This document shows, piece by piece, positions 1 through 10,823 of a stretch of 64,000 nucleotides of DNA; position 1 is the stretch's first letter, and each line of letters begins with the position of its first letter. The DNA comes from Lachnospiraceae bacterium (lineage in GTDB: Bacteria > Bacillota > Clostridia > Lachnospirales > Lachnospiraceae). The notes beneath the pieces are model-generated. The model was not told the origin of the DNA. It did not search any database and saw nothing but the letters and a program-made list of their open reading frames with translations. The stretch is taken from the NCBI GenBank assembly GCA_045590555.1, contig JAZNRC010000023.1, forward strand, positions 2,915-66,914, read 5' to 3'. The position numbers and the translations under genes are program-made.

Positions 1-96
1 ACTATGAATGAACTTACTATTTTATTATATGAAATCCGTCTCCGACACGCAAGATGATTTGCCTGAAAACTCGTCGACAAAATTCGACAATTCCAC

Positions 97-1185
97 CTAC
101 AACTCCGTATAAAACATCCCCATCAGCAACTGCACACCGATAGACACCGCCGTAATCGCCGCCCAACAGGTAAAGCCCATAAGGATAGGCTTTCCGCCTT
201 TTTTAACCAAATTTATCAGATTGGTATTCAGGCCGATGGCGCACATTGCCATAGCAATAAAAAATTTCGCCAGCCACTTCATTGCCTTCACAAATGTACC
301 GCTATAAATAACCGTAAAATCGCTCTCCGGCAGAATTCCTACAATCGTGGTAACAATGGATGCCCCGATAAAATACAGAATAAACCAGGGAAATATCTTT
401 TTAAAAGAGAATTCACTTCCCTTATTCCCGGATTTCTTTGCCTTATAGGTACGAAACAATGCTAACGCCAAAGTAATGGGAATAATTGCAAGGGTTCGCA
501 CCAACTTAACGGTAACCGCAGATGAGAGAATTCCTTCCACTCCGTATAAGCCTTCCGCCGTGGACGCTACCGCAGTTACTGATGAAGTATCATTTACCGC
601 AGTTCCCGCAAAAATCGCGAAGCCTTCCGAACCAAAACCGATTGCCTGCCCAAAATACGGGAACACCAAAGCCGCAATCACGTTAAAAAGGAAAATAACC
701 GAAACCGACTGTGCCACTTCTTCATCATCCGCATCAATCACCGGCGCCGTTGCCGCAATGGCAGAACCTCCGCAAATGGAAGAACCAACACCGATAAGGC
801 AGGATACCTTTTTATCCATTTTTAAGACCTTCATCATAAGAAAGGCCACAATAAGCGACGTGCTAATCGTCGATATAATAACAGGCAGACTCTGACTTCC
901 CATCTTCGCAATGGTTCCGAGATTCAGGCTGAATCCTAAAATAATAACCGCCCACTGCAGAATCTTCTTAGAAGTAAATTTGATGCCGTCTTTTAAGTTA
1001 TTATGTGCGGGAAGCTTAGGCGCAACCATCGCAATAATCATACCCATTAAAATGGAGAATACTGGCGCGCCGATAATCTCCATTGAAAAGTTCCCTATTT
1101 TACATTCGCTTAGAACCGTTGCAATGCCTGCTATTAATATACAAAACAGTATACCTTTTATCTTTTTCATCTTATGTATCTCCAA
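97..1185 (-). CDS. YeiH/UPF0324 family membrane protein (putative sulfate exporter family)
   Basis: 362-aa ORF with ~10 hydrophobic segments and family motifs GSSICGGSAIAA and GTAVNDTSSV; alternative start MKKIKG at 1170. Confidence 0.85.
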   Translation of the reverse strand: MEIHKMKKIKGILFCILIAGIATVLSECKIGNFSMEIIGAPVFSILMGMIIAMVAPKLPAHNNLKDGIKFTSKKILQWAVIILGFSLNLGTIAKMGSQSLPVIISTISTSLIVAFLMMKVLKMDKKVSCLIGVGSSICGGSAIAATAPVIDADDEEVAQSVSVIFLFNVIAALVFPYFGQAIGFGSEGFAIFAGTAVNDTSSVTAVASTAEGLYGVEGILSSAVTVKLVRTLAIIPITLALALFRTYKAKKSGNKGSEFSFKKIFPWFILYFIGASIVTTIVGILPESDFTVIYSGTFVKAMKWLAKFFIAMAMCAIGLNTNLINLVKKGGKPILMGFTCWAAITAVSIGVQLLMGMFYTEL

Positions 1186-1322
1186 TTTTTATATCACCCG
1201 GTTATTCATGCAATTCATAACCACACTAATCATCATTTCTTTTTCATCCGGTTTAGATTCCTGATAACCAACAGAAATAATGACGTCAAGACTATAGAAT
1301 TTTATGGATTTGTCTGAATTTG

Positions 1323-1344
1323 CAATGTGCAAAAAATGCACATT
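1323..1344 (-). terminator. Hairpin immediately 3' of exoA
   Basis: CAATGTGC-AAAAAAT-GCACATTG inverted repeat just past the stop codon. Confidence 0.45.
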
Positions 1345-1359
1345 GTTCAAATCGCCGAT

Positions 1360-2115
1360 TTACACATCCATCTCTAACTCAACCGGACAATGGTCAGAAC
1401 CAAAGATATCCGTATGAATCTTCGCCCCTTTTAACTTATCCTTCAAGGCACCCGACACGATAAAATAGTCAATACGCCAGCCTGCGTTCTTGGCTCTTGC
1501 GCTGAATCGGTAAGACCACCAGGAATAAATATTCTCCATATCGGGATAAAAGTATCGGAATGTATCGATAAAACCGTTCTCCAAAACCGTACTGAACTTA
1601 CCACGCTCCTCATCGGTAAAACCGGCGTTTTTACGGTTGGTTTTGGGGTTCTTTAAGTCGATTTCCTTATGGGCCACGTTCAAGTCACCGCAGTACACTA
1701 CAGGCTTGCTCTCTTCCAGCTTCTTAATATAAGCAAGGAAATCATCTTCCCAACGCATACGATAATCCAAACGGGCAAGGCCGTCCTGGGAATTGGGCAC
1801 ATATACCGTAATCATATAAAAGTTCTCATATTCCAGAGTAATCACGCGACCTTCGTGGTCGTGCTCCTCCACACCGATACCGTAACTTACGCTAATCGGT
1901 TTATGCTTGGTAAAAATCGCGGTTCCCGAATACCCCTTCCTCTCCGCATAATTCCAGTACTGCTCATAGCCCGGCAAATCAAGTTCAATCTGCCCCTCCT
2001 GCAATTTGGTCTCCTGCAGACAGAAGAAATCCGCATCTATTTCATTAAAAAACTCCATAAAGCCTTTTTCGCGACAGGCTCTGATTCCGTTTACGTTCCA
2101 GGATATAAATTTCAT
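1360..2115 (-). CDS. exoA: Exodeoxyribonuclease III / AP endonuclease
   Basis: [42 protein letters not shown] motifs of the ExoIII family. Confidence 0.95.
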   Translation of the reverse strand: MKFISWNVNGIRACREKGFMEFFNEIDADFFCLQETKLQEGQIELDLPGYEQYWNYAERKGYSGTAIFTKHKPISVSYGIGVEEHDHEGRVITLEYENFYMITVYVPNSQDGLARLDYRMRWEDDFLAYIKKLEESKPVVYCGDLNVAHKEIDLKNPKTNRKNAGFTDEERGKFSTVLENGFIDTFRYFYPDMENIYSWWSYRFSARAKNAGWRIDYFIVSGALKDKLKGAKIHTDIFGSDHCPVELEMDV

Positions 2116-2379
2116 ATGTTATTCCTCTTTTCCGGCCTTTATTGTAAAATTTATTACTTTTACGCTATTTTGTAGCTACTTATCTTACAAGCGTCCAAAG
2201 TTCTGTATCAAAATATGTTTTAGTTCTTACACTATCTTAATGTCTTCCTTGGAATTTTACAAGAGAAAAAACAACGCACAAAGACAGGGGAGAGATACAG
2301 GCGCATCCCTCACCCTTAGAGTAGGGGGCGGTACTTGGACTTCCCGCCACAGAAATGAAAGAGTATTTCATTCTTTTAT

Positions 2380-2736
2380 CTATAGATTGTTTCTCTGTTC
2401 AGCCAGGCAAACAATCATGGTATTCACCAATTCTTTTCCTCTTGTTTCTAAAGAGGCGTACGACTGTGCCACCTGTGGTGGCATATAACTACCGCTCTCA
2501 TCTTCCAGGGTAATTACATATCGTAAATCCGTCTTCCCCAGTAAATAATCTGTGGTAGTATGAAAGTATTCAGAAATTCTAACAAGTACATCAATGGAAA
2601 CTTTAGTTCTGCCGTTTAATTGTTTGCTTAATGCAGACTGGGTCATATTCAACCTATTTGCTATATCAGCCTGCGTCATATTACTTTTCTGACACAACTC
2701 TCTGAAACGGATTGCAAAAATTTCATCTGTACTCAT
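2380..2736 (-). CDS. XRE/Cro-C1 helix-turn-helix transcriptional regulator
   Basis: MTQADIANRLNMTQSALSKQLNG...TTDYLLG HTH_3 pattern; ATG at 2736 follows AGAAGGGGG RBS. Confidence 0.85.
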   Translation of the reverse strand: MSTDEIFAIRFRELCQKSNMTQADIANRLNMTQSALSKQLNGRTKVSIDVLVRISEYFHTTTDYLLGKTDLRYVITLEDESGSYMPPQVAQSYASLETRGKELVNTMIVCLAEQRNNL

Positions 2737-2781
2737 TATAATTCCCCCTTCTGCTCTATTATAACAAGTATCACAAACAAA

Positions 2782-2823
2782 AATATTCCATATCGGAAAC
2801 AGCAATGTCCAATATGGAATATT
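2782..2823. promoter_or_regulatory. 12-bp perfect inverted repeat between the ABC operon end and the XRE gene (terminator and/or XRE operator)
   Basis: AATATTCCATAT (2782-2793) ... ATATGGAATATT (2812-2823), 18-nt spacer. Confidence 0.45.
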
Positions 2824-2831
2824 ATGAATAA

Positions 2832-3647
2832 TTATGACTCTAATGTGGAAATGACTTCAACACCCTTGTGGAAAAAATGTTTTAGTTTCTCACTCTTGGG
2901 ATGTTCAAATACCTCTTCCGGCGTTCCCATTTCTTCAATGATACCATCTGCTACAAAAATGACTTTCGTAGCAACTCTTCTTGCAAACTCCATTTCATGA
3001 GTAACCACAATCATGGTACTGTCAGATGATTTTAAACCCTCAATTACCTTCAGCACTTCGCCGGTTAATTCCGGATCCAACGCACTGGTAGGCTCGTCAA
3101 AACACAGAATATCCGGATTAAGTATCAATGCTCTCGCAATGGCTACACGCTGTTGCTGTCCGCCGGATAATTCGCAGGGATAAGCATACTTTTTGTCCGA
3201 AAGTCCTACCCTCTCCAAAAGCGCAATCGCCTGTCGTTCGATTTCTTGAAAAGCAATACGCTTCATCTCTCTGCCGCCACCGCTTTTTTTAATTCGTTCT
3301 GCCTCCAAAAGCTCAGCCGCCAAGGTCAGATTCCTTAACACATTATACTGGGGAAACAAATTAAACTGTTGGAAAACCAGCCCAAAATGCAAGCGGTTCT
3401 CGCGAAGTTGCGCCTCACTTAAATCCGCCGCCACTTCTGCATCATATATCACCTTATCATTCACCATAATAGTCCCTTCATCGGGAGTTACCAACTGGTT
3501 TAAACAACGAAGAAGCGTGGTTTTACCTCCACCTGAAGACCCGATAATCGCCAGAACCTCGCCCTTATCCAAAGTAAAAGAGATTCCCTTAAGTACTTCT
3601 TCTTTTCCGTATACTTTTCTAATATTATCAACCTGTAACAATGCCAT
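2832..3647 (-). CDS. Polar amino-acid ABC transporter ATP-binding protein (GlnQ-like)
   Basis: Walker A GSSGGGKTT, LSGGQQQRVAIARAL signature, FDEPTSALDPE, VTHEM. Confidence 0.93.
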   Translation of the reverse strand: MALLQVDNIRKVYGKEEVLKGISFTLDKGEVLAIIGSSGGGKTTLLRCLNQLVTPDEGTIMVNDKVIYDAEVAADLSEAQLRENRLHFGLVFQQFNLFPQYNVLRNLTLAAELLEAERIKKSGGGREMKRIAFQEIERQAIALLERVGLSDKKYAYPCELSGGQQQRVAIARALILNPDILCFDEPTSALDPELTGEVLKVIEGLKSSDSTMIVVTHEMEFARRVATKVIFVADGIIEEMGTPEEVFEHPKSEKLKHFFHKGVEVISTLES

Positions 3648-3671
3648 TTCTTTTACCTGCCTTTCCTCTTT

Positions 3672-4319
3672 CTAACCTGCGTAATAATTCAGTTTCTTCT
3701 CGATAAAACCGAAAAGGAGGGTCAAAACACCCGTGAAAAGCAGATAAAATGCGCCAATATAAAAGATAGGCCAAATGATTGCATGAAGTCCAACGATATC
3801 CTGAGCCGCCTTCAAAAGTTCCACAACGGAAACAACACGGGCAAGTGATGTATCTTTTACAAGGGTAATGACTTCATTTCCCATGGGGGGCAAAATTCTT
3901 TTAATGACCTGGAACAATACTACACGGAAGAAAATCTGGGTTTTGGTCATACCCAGCACCTGTCCCGCTTCGTACTGGCCAACGGGAATACTCTCGATTC
4001 CGCCTCGGTAAATCTCGGAAAAATACGCTGCATAATTTACAATAAAAGCCACTACAACCGCAGGAAAACGGTCTAAACCCTGGATGCCAAAAATCAGACC
4101 CGGTCCGTAAAATACCAAAATTACCTGAAGCATCAAGGGCGTTCCTCGAATCACCCACACAATACCTCTTGTCAGATAACGCAACGGCTTAAACTTGGAC
4201 ATGGAACCGAACGCAATGACCAGACCTAACGGCAATGCACCCACTAATGTAATTAAAAACAGAATTAATGTTACTTTAAAACCATCCAACAATTGTAATG
4301 TGACTTCTAAAAAACTCAT
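3672..4319 (-). CDS. Polar amino-acid ABC transporter permease
   Basis: IRGTPLMLQ and AYFSEIYRGGIESIPVGQYEAGQVLGMT (EAA loop), LVKDTSL. Confidence 0.93.
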   Translation of the reverse strand: MSFLEVTLQLLDGFKVTLILFLITLVGALPLGLVIAFGSMSKFKPLRYLTRGIVWVIRGTPLMLQVILVFYGPGLIFGIQGLDRFPAVVVAFIVNYAAYFSEIYRGGIESIPVGQYEAGQVLGMTKTQIFFRVVLFQVIKRILPPMGNEVITLVKDTSLARVVSVVELLKAAQDIVGLHAIIWPIFYIGAFYLLFTGVLTLLFGFIEKKLNYYAG

Positions 4320-4398
4320 ATGTACTCCTTCTCTTATGAGAAAATCATATCCGGTTACTTTTGCGGTACACCTTTTTTATTTTACCTTAATGTATAGA

Positions 4399-4424
4399 AA
4401 TAGGGCAAGCAAACTTGCCCTTTT
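4399..4424 (-). terminator. Hairpin between substrate-binding and permease genes
   Basis: AGGGCAAG-CAAA-CTTGCCCT inverted repeat. Confidence 0.5.
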
Positions 4425-4445
4425 TGTAATAAAATAAATTTTCTT

Positions 4446-5237
4446 TTAGTAAACTACGTTAACACCGTACTTTTCACCAAGCTCCTGCATGGTTCCGTCA
4501 GCCATAAGTTCAGCGATTGCACCATTAATCTTCTCTAAAGTCTGTGCATCTTCCAAACGTAAACCAATAGCATATTCTTCTTTTGCAAGTTCAATGCTGT
4601 CGATAATCATTAAATCACTGTAATCTGTTTCATCGGTAATTACCGCTCTTGCAAGTACATAGTCAAGTACGCAAGCCTGACATGTACCGGATTTAACTTC
4701 AAGGAGACCATCTTTCTGAGCAGATACGCCAACAAATTCATTGGTACAAAGAACAGCATCGTTTTCAATTGCGCTCTGACCTGCAGAACCGCTCTCTGCA
4801 CAGATGGTAATACCTGTTAAATCATCAATGGTTGCATATGTATCAGCGTTTGCCTTCTGGATTACAACAACCTGCTTATTCTCAACATAAGAAGTAGAGA
4901 ATGCCATATCTTCTTTTCTTTCTTCGGTAACGGTCAGGCCATTCCAGATACAGTCAATAGACTTAGACTGCAATTCAAATTCCTTCTGATCCCATTCAAT
5001 TACCTGGAATACAGGTTCTACGCCAAGCTTATCACATACTGCCTGAGCAAACTCAGTATCAAAACCGGTTAACTCGTTGTTCTCATCATAGTAATTCATG
5101 GGCTCATAAAGAGTAATACCAATTACCAGAGTTCCCTTGTCTTCAATGTAAGCCCAGTCCTCCTTCTTGGAAGAGCAGCCTGCTAATAAGGTTGCAACCA
5201 TAAGTGTTGCCAATAAAAGTGAAACAATTTTCTTCAT
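4446..5237 (-). CDS. Amino-acid ABC transporter substrate-binding lipoprotein (SBP family 3)
   Basis: Lipobox LLAGC; GTLVIG..YEPMNY..GFDTEFA, IDCIWNGLTVTEER motifs. Confidence 0.92.
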   Translation of the reverse strand: MKKIVSLLLATLMVATLLAGCSSKKEDWAYIEDKGTLVIGITLYEPMNYYDENNELTGFDTEFAQAVCDKLGVEPVFQVIEWDQKEFELQSKSIDCIWNGLTVTEERKEDMAFSTSYVENKQVVVIQKANADTYATIDDLTGITICAESGSAGQSAIENDAVLCTNEFVGVSAQKDGLLEVKSGTCQACVLDYVLARAVITDETDYSDLMIIDSIELAKEEYAIGLRLEDAQTLEKINGAIAELMADGTMQELGEKYGVNVVY

Positions 5238-5396
5238 TTTTCCTCCATTCCGGGGCTCTTTTTCCTTTAAAACAAAACCCGCAAATATACTTCTCTCTGC
5301 TAAAGCACTATCATACTAGCATGCAAAATCTGTCCTTGTCAACTGAATATATATAAAAAGCTGTACAGCATCCGCTTTCTAATTTTATAATTTCTA

Positions 5397-6635
5397 CTAT
5401 GAATTCAGGTAAGCAATCTGCTCTTCAGTTAAGACGTCGATAGATTTTCCTAAAAAGGCAAGTTTTCTAGCTGCTACATTGTTATCTACTTCCTTGGGAA
5501 CATCTATTAACTTAGTATTTAACTCGTTAGCGTGTTCTACAAGATATTTAGCAGACAATGCCTGGATTGCAAAGCTCATATCCATAATTTCTGCGGGATG
5601 TCCGTCGCCTGCTGCCAGGTTTACAAGACGGCCTTCTGCAAGGATAAAAATCCACTGACCGGTAGGAAGCTTGTAGCCCATAATGTTTTTACGCATTTCT
5701 TTCTTTTCTACAGCGATTTCTTTTAACCGTGCCATATCAATTTCACAGTCAAAGTGTCCGGCGTTGCAAAGGATTGCACCATCCTTCATTACTGCGAAGT
5801 CACTCTCGTCAATAACCTTATTACATCCTGTTACGGTTACAAAGAAGTCACCAAGTTTAGCTGCTTCATTCATAGGCATTACTTCAAATCCGTCCATAAC
5901 CGCTTCAATTGCCTTAATCGGGTCGATTTCAGTTACGATTACTTTAGCTCCCATACCCTTTGCGCGCATTGCCGTACCCTTACCGCACCAGCCGTAACCT
6001 GCAACAACCACTGTTTTACCTGCAACAATAAGGTTTGTGGTACGGTTAATGCCGTCCCATACAGACTGGCCTGTACCGTAACGGTTATCGAATAAATGCT
6101 TACAATCAGCGTTGTTTACTTTTACCATAGGGAACGCAAGCTCTCCTGCGGCATCCATTGCTTCCAAACGAATAATACCTGTGGTAGTTTCCTCGCAACC
6201 ACCGATTACGTTGGGAATCAAATCGCGGAACTCGGTATGCATCATATGTACCAAGTCGCCACCATCGTCAATGATGATGTTGGGACCTACTTCCAACACC
6301 TTACGGATGTGATGATTGTATTCTTCTTCGGTTGCATCGTACCATGCATGTACTTCAAGACCTGCCGCAACCAAAGCTGCCGCCACATCATCCTGAGTAG
6401 ATAAGGGATTTGAACCTGTTACGTACATTTCGGCACCGCCTGCTGCCAATACTTTACAAAGATACGCAGTCTTCGCTTCCAAGTGCACGGAAAGCGCTAC
6501 TTTCTTGCCGGCAAAAGGTTTTGTCTTAGAGAATTCCTCTTCCAACATTCTTAAAAGGTCACAATTTCTTTTAACCCATTCTATTTTACGTTCGCCGCTT
6601 TCGGCCAAGTTAATGTCTCTGATTTCGCTGTTCAT
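5397..6635 (-). CDS. ahcY: Adenosylhomocysteinase (SAH hydrolase)
   Basis: HLEAKTA, GSNPLSTQD, DDGGD, EETTTG, KHLFDNRYGTGQS, GYGWCGKG, EGRLVNL motifs; ATG 6635 spaced 7 nt from AGGAG. Confidence 0.96.
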   Translation of the reverse strand: MNSEIRDINLAESGERKIEWVKRNCDLLRMLEEEFSKTKPFAGKKVALSVHLEAKTAYLCKVLAAGGAEMYVTGSNPLSTQDDVAAALVAAGLEVHAWYDATEEEYNHHIRKVLEVGPNIIIDDGGDLVHMMHTEFRDLIPNVIGGCEETTTGIIRLEAMDAAGELAFPMVKVNNADCKHLFDNRYGTGQSVWDGINRTTNLIVAGKTVVVAGYGWCGKGTAMRAKGMGAKVIVTEIDPIKAIEAVMDGFEVMPMNEAAKLGDFFVTVTGCNKVIDESDFAVMKDGAILCNAGHFDCEIDMARLKEIAVEKKEMRKNIMGYKLPTGQWIFILAEGRLVNLAAGDGHPAEIMDMSFAIQALSAKYLVEHANELNTKLIDVPKEVDNNVAARKLAFLGKSIDVLTEEQIAYLNS

Positions 6636-6694
6636 ATTCATTCTCCTTCTAAAAGATTGTCTGCTCAAAAACACTTTCCTACAGACTTCCTTTA

Positions 6695-6724
6695 TTATAT
6701 ATGAAAAGAAGACCGACTGGCAAG
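6695..6724 (-). promoter_or_regulatory. Putative sigma-A promoter of ahcY
   Basis: Minus strand TTGCCA-N18-TATAAT. Confidence 0.5.
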
Positions 6725-6800
6725 CCAAAATGCAAGGGGCTTATGTTTTTTCCTTTTTCATAATATAATATTTCCGCCACGCTCCGTTTTCGCTCTTCAC

Positions 6801-7838
6801 CTACTCCTTCACCTCCTCATAGATTTCCCGAATCAGAAACAGGCTCACCGGTCCTAAAACAATTCCTCCCACGCTAAAAAAGTGAAGCCCGAAGAACACC
6901 GACAACAACACCAAAATCGGATACACATTCATTTTATCTCCGATTAACTTCGGCTCCAGAATTTGCCGTAAAAAAACACAGATTCCGTATACCGCAAGGC
7001 AGCCCACTCCCTGCCACACCTTTCCCTGCAAAAACTGAAAAATCGCAATGGGAAGTAAGACAATTCCGCTTCCCACAAATGGAAGCATATCAAGAAATCC
7101 GGTCAGAAAGCCCCACAAATACCAACGCTCAACACCGCAGGCAAAAAGCCCCGCCATTGCCACGGCAGATACGCACAGTACAATGATTAGCTCCGCTTTT
7201 ATATATATTTTAAGAAGCGTAAGAATTTTACGGCTCATCAGACGTACCTTTTCAAACGCCGCATTTTTCGACAATTGTGCCTTAATACGGTCATAGTCCT
7301 TAGTCAACAGAAGAATGGCAATCACGGTAACCACCGTAAAAAAGACACCTTCCGCCACAGTTCCCGCATAAGAATAAGAAGCGTCGATTGCTTTTGGTGC
7401 AAAATTATCCCTGATGCTGACTACCATATTCTCCGTACCCTCAATCACTCTCTGCTGTAACTGCTTTGAATCCAGTTGCATTTTATCCCCTATAAAATCA
7501 CAGCAGGTATCCAGGGCAGTTATACAGCAATCCATTAAGTAACCACTGTTTTGGCGAAAGTCCCCTACCATATCCATACCGCGACAAATCAGAAACCAAG
7601 CTGTCAGAAGTAGAAAAATTGCCAGAACCGCCAACAAAACCCCCGCCAGAATCCCCTCCGGAATTTTAATTTTCTGATGAAGCTTTTTTAGAAAAGGCAA
7701 AAATATCAGAACAAACAGAAAAGCGATAAAAAAAGGTGCCAGAAAAGGTAACAAATACTTAAAAAACAAAAGCACTCCCACCGTAACTATTAATAATTTT
7801 ACTATATTTTTTTCCCATAAACGCATTAAAAAACCCAT
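6801..7838 (-). CDS. AI-2E family transporter (YtvI-like)
   Basis: FLAPFFIAF, GFLDMLPFVGSG, RQILEPKLIGDKMNVYP, GGIVLGP motifs. Confidence 0.85.
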   Translation of the reverse strand: MGFLMRLWEKNIVKLLIVTVGVLLFFKYLLPFLAPFFIAFLFVLIFLPFLKKLHQKIKIPEGILAGVLLAVLAIFLLLTAWFLICRGMDMVGDFRQNSGYLMDCCITALDTCCDFIGDKMQLDSKQLQQRVIEGTENMVVSIRDNFAPKAIDASYSYAGTVAEGVFFTVVTVIAILLLTKDYDRIKAQLSKNAAFEKVRLMSRKILTLLKIYIKAELIIVLCVSAVAMAGLFACGVERWYLWGFLTGFLDMLPFVGSGIVLLPIAIFQFLQGKVWQGVGCLAVYGICVFLRQILEPKLIGDKMNVYPILVLLSVFFGLHFFSVGGIVLGPVSLFLIREIYEEVKE

Positions 7839-7905
7839 ACCAATCCCTCCGGAATTAGTATGGGCTCTTTTTTCTCTAACTACTCTTAAATTAATAAATT
7901 CGTAC

Positions 7906-10131
7906 CTATTGTTTTATTAACAGAATTTCCTCATCCGTGGACCAGGAAAATGATAATTGTACACTGTTTTCTTCCCGATATCCGGTATATTCCTTCCCAT
8001 ATACATAGTAAACCTCTCCCGGTTTTAAAATCGCTTGAGGAAGTTTTCCTTTCGTCAGTTCGCCTTCATCATCCGTCAGGCAATAATTTTCCAAATCAAT
8101 AACTGTCTGCCCGTTATTTTCTAAAACAACATAATCTTGCGAACCTTTTACATGGTACTGTGAAATAATAAGACTTTCTACGGATGCATCCACCTCCGAA
8201 TGAATCTTAATATCTAAAATTTCTGCCTTAAAATCACCCGGTATGATTTCCAGTACTTCACCAGCCCTGTATTCACCGTTTACGGTATATCCCGTTATCT
8301 TAATTCCGGGATTGGGTTCACACTCTATTCTCATGGGAACGTCTTCGAAATAATTACCGGTAAAACCACCGGTTATTTCGTATCCGTTTAATATAATTAC
8401 ATCTTCAAAATCTGCATTAATATTTACGGTAATTAAATTCTGCAGTTCCAGATAATTCTGCATTTCGCCAATTACAACACCGGGTCTGATTTGTCCGTAT
8501 TCGACAATTTCCGTCATCTCATTGAGTACATTATTTATATTATTGTCATCGCTTTCCAAAAGGGAACCTTTCAGCAAATCCGTATTCTGCATCATATGTT
8601 CCAGCTCTACGTAATGAAGACTGTTCATATCATACAACTCTTTTGCCACATTGTCCTGCTGAAATCCGGTATTCATGACATGCATGACTGCCTGAATAAA
8701 CAAGATTCTGAATTCTTCCTTCTTCATTAAAGCGGCAAAAAGTTCGGCAGACTCCTCTTCTTCGCACAGTGAAGCCAACCTCTCATGCGAAGGCTCGTAT
8801 CCGTAAGCTTCCACAACACGCAGTCCCAAACCATAATCCGTATCAAACAGCAGATACCGATATCTTCCGTCGAAAACTGTTCCTTCCTTATACTCCTCAC
8901 CTTCAGCAGGCTTATATGCATATACTTTTACATTATTCTGCGGCCAGTCAATATTGCCAATATAATATTCAATTGCCATATACAGCGCAAAATTTTCCAA
9001 ATCCAGTTTTTCTTTTACATATTCCCAGTTTTCCGGAGTTTCCAAATCCGACTGAACTACCTTGTTCACAAACGCATTATACTCATTATATACTTCCAGT
9101 TCTTCTTCGGTTTCTGCGCTGTCCGTCCAAACCTCGCTTAATGTTCCTTCACAAATATAGAATTCGCCTTCATAATCTCCGTATTTTTCCTGAAAATACC
9201 GATCATCATAGGTATTGTTAATCCAATAGACACCCTGATATCTGCCATTGACGAAAACCACTGCACTTTCCGCCACGAAAACATCCTGAAATCCGGATTG
9301 TCTTGCAAGTTCTCCCACCAACTCCGTTCGAATAAATCCATATCCGTTGTCATCTCCGGAATTGTGGAAAGAAAGCCTCTGATAATTATCAATTACCGTA
9401 TTGCTTGCATCCGAAACCAACTTATCCATAAACGGATAAAAGAATTCATTTAATCCCTCGTAGGCATCCCGTGCTATCAAACGAAAAGATTTCTGATTCT
9501 TGGCTCTTGTATAATTTCCGTATATTTTCAGCCCGCAATTCTGACTGACTACTTCTTCCCTTTCTGCGTCAAATATTGTTGCGTGAACTTCTATCTCTTT
9601 ATCAATCCAGAAATTTCCGTCAATCAACCCCCATATGCTGGCATCCGGATTTTCTTCCCAATACTGATCCCAACGGGCTCCTCTTGCAAAAATACCCTCT
9701 TCGTAACCGAATATATCTTCTTCTTTTCCTGTAATAGACACAACATAAGTTGTACTAAACCGTCCTGCGCCATTCACATCTACAAAATAATCTCGGTTGT
9801 ACACTTCCGATTGCGTGCCATCTTCAAAAACACAACAAAAACGATAGGAATAAACGGCTGTTTCATCCTGCAACTCAATATATATCGGTTCACTGTAAAT
9901 ATTAGGCTCGCCACTTTCTATATCCGGAAGCGTTCCGTCTGTAGTATAGTAAATCACTGCTTCCGATCCGGGTTTCACGGTTAAGTAGAATGATTCATTA
10001 TAAAATCCGCTCTCATGAGAAATTTTAACTTCATATCGATTCTCATATTTCTGATAAGCCCACAGCAAAACTATGGTAAAAAAAAGTAAAAATGCCCCAA
10101 ACAAAACTCCGGCTGTTTTTCTTTTATTCAT
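7906..10131 (-). CDS. CotH kinase family protein (N-terminal membrane anchor, Fn3-associated/chitobiase-like domain, C-terminal lamin-tail-like domain)
   Basis: IYYTTDGTLP; KSFRLIAR; NGRYQGVY; NIDWPQNN; RYLLFDTDYG; C-terminal YVVLENNG..IDLENYCLTD. Confidence 0.85.
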   Translation of the reverse strand: MNKRKTAGVLFGAFLLFFTIVLLWAYQKYENRYEVKISHESGFYNESFYLTVKPGSEAVIYYTTDGTLPDIESGEPNIYSEPIYIELQDETAVYSYRFCCVFEDGTQSEVYNRDYFVDVNGAGRFSTTYVVSITGKEEDIFGYEEGIFARGARWDQYWEENPDASIWGLIDGNFWIDKEIEVHATIFDAEREEVVSQNCGLKIYGNYTRAKNQKSFRLIARDAYEGLNEFFYPFMDKLVSDASNTVIDNYQRLSFHNSGDDNGYGFIRTELVGELARQSGFQDVFVAESAVVFVNGRYQGVYWINNTYDDRYFQEKYGDYEGEFYICEGTLSEVWTDSAETEEELEVYNEYNAFVNKVVQSDLETPENWEYVKEKLDLENFALYMAIEYYIGNIDWPQNNVKVYAYKPAEGEEYKEGTVFDGRYRYLLFDTDYGLGLRVVEAYGYEPSHERLASLCEEEESAELFAALMKKEEFRILFIQAVMHVMNTGFQQDNVAKELYDMNSLHYVELEHMMQNTDLLKGSLLESDDNNINNVLNEMTEIVEYGQIRPGVVIGEMQNYLELQNLITVNINADFEDVIILNGYEITGGFTGNYFEDVPMRIECEPNPGIKITGYTVNGEYRAGEVLEIIPGDFKAEILDIKIHSEVDASVESLIISQYHVKGSQDYVVLENNGQTVIDLENYCLTDDEGELTKGKLPQAILKPGEVYYVYGKEYTGYREENSVQLSFSWSTDEEILLIKQ

Positions 10132-10151
10132 ATTGTTACTCCTGCTTTGTA

Positions 10152-10820
10152 TTATGCCGTAACATCACCTTCATATGTCAGAAGTGAAACCTTCACATCT
10201 TTTAAATTTGACATTTTGTTAATCATTTCCTTTTCTTTGGCTGTTTTTAACTCAATAATCATTTTCTCGTTGTCATCTGCTATGTTTCTGGATTTTATTT
10301 TATAATACTGACAGTATTCCTTTAAAATTTCATCTATCTGATCCTCAAGACCGTCTTTTTTCCCATTCACAACCATAACATAAGGTGCCTTTAAAGAAGG
10401 CAGATGAGATAATATAAAAACGACTCCCGTTAATACAAGAGTAACGGCAATGGCTAATATATATTGCTTTGCACCACACATAATACCGCCGGCAACCGAC
10501 CAAAACAAAAAGAACAAATCCATCGGGTCCTTAATTGCGGTACGGTAACGAATGATAGAGAGCGCACCCACCATACCAAGTGACAATACTATGTTAGACT
10601 GAATGGTAACAATGATTGCTGTGGTAACCACCGTCATTCCCACAATTGCAATATTAAAATTCATATTGTATAAGGCTTTCTTCGCAAAAAAGCGATATAT
10701 AAAAAACAAATATAAGGCAATTAACAAAGAAAAACCAATTGCAAGTACCAACTGTGTACTTGATGTTCCGGTTTCAAATTGTTCCAAAATAGATGATTTT
10801 AAAAGATCTTTAAACGACAT
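10152..10820 (-). CDS. DUF4956 membrane protein
   Basis: IQSNIVLSLGMVGALSIIRYRTAIKDPMD motif; lies between VTC and CotH genes. Confidence 0.88.
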   Translation of the reverse strand: MSFKDLLKSSILEQFETGTSSTQLVLAIGFSLLIALYLFFIYRFFAKKALYNMNFNIAIVGMTVVTTAIIVTIQSNIVLSLGMVGALSIIRYRTAIKDPMDLFFLFWSVAGGIMCGAKQYILAIAVTLVLTGVVFILSHLPSLKAPYVMVVNGKKDGLEDQIDEILKEYCQYYKIKSRNIADDNEKMIIELKTAKEKEMINKMSNLKDVKVSLLTYEGDVTA

Positions 10821-10823
10821 ATT

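Noticed and set aside
6636-6730. SAH/SAM riboswitch upstream of ahcY
   Set aside because: The leader after the predicted promoter is short, with only a small GTCTG/CAGAC hairpin and no SAM-I or SAH consensus blocks.
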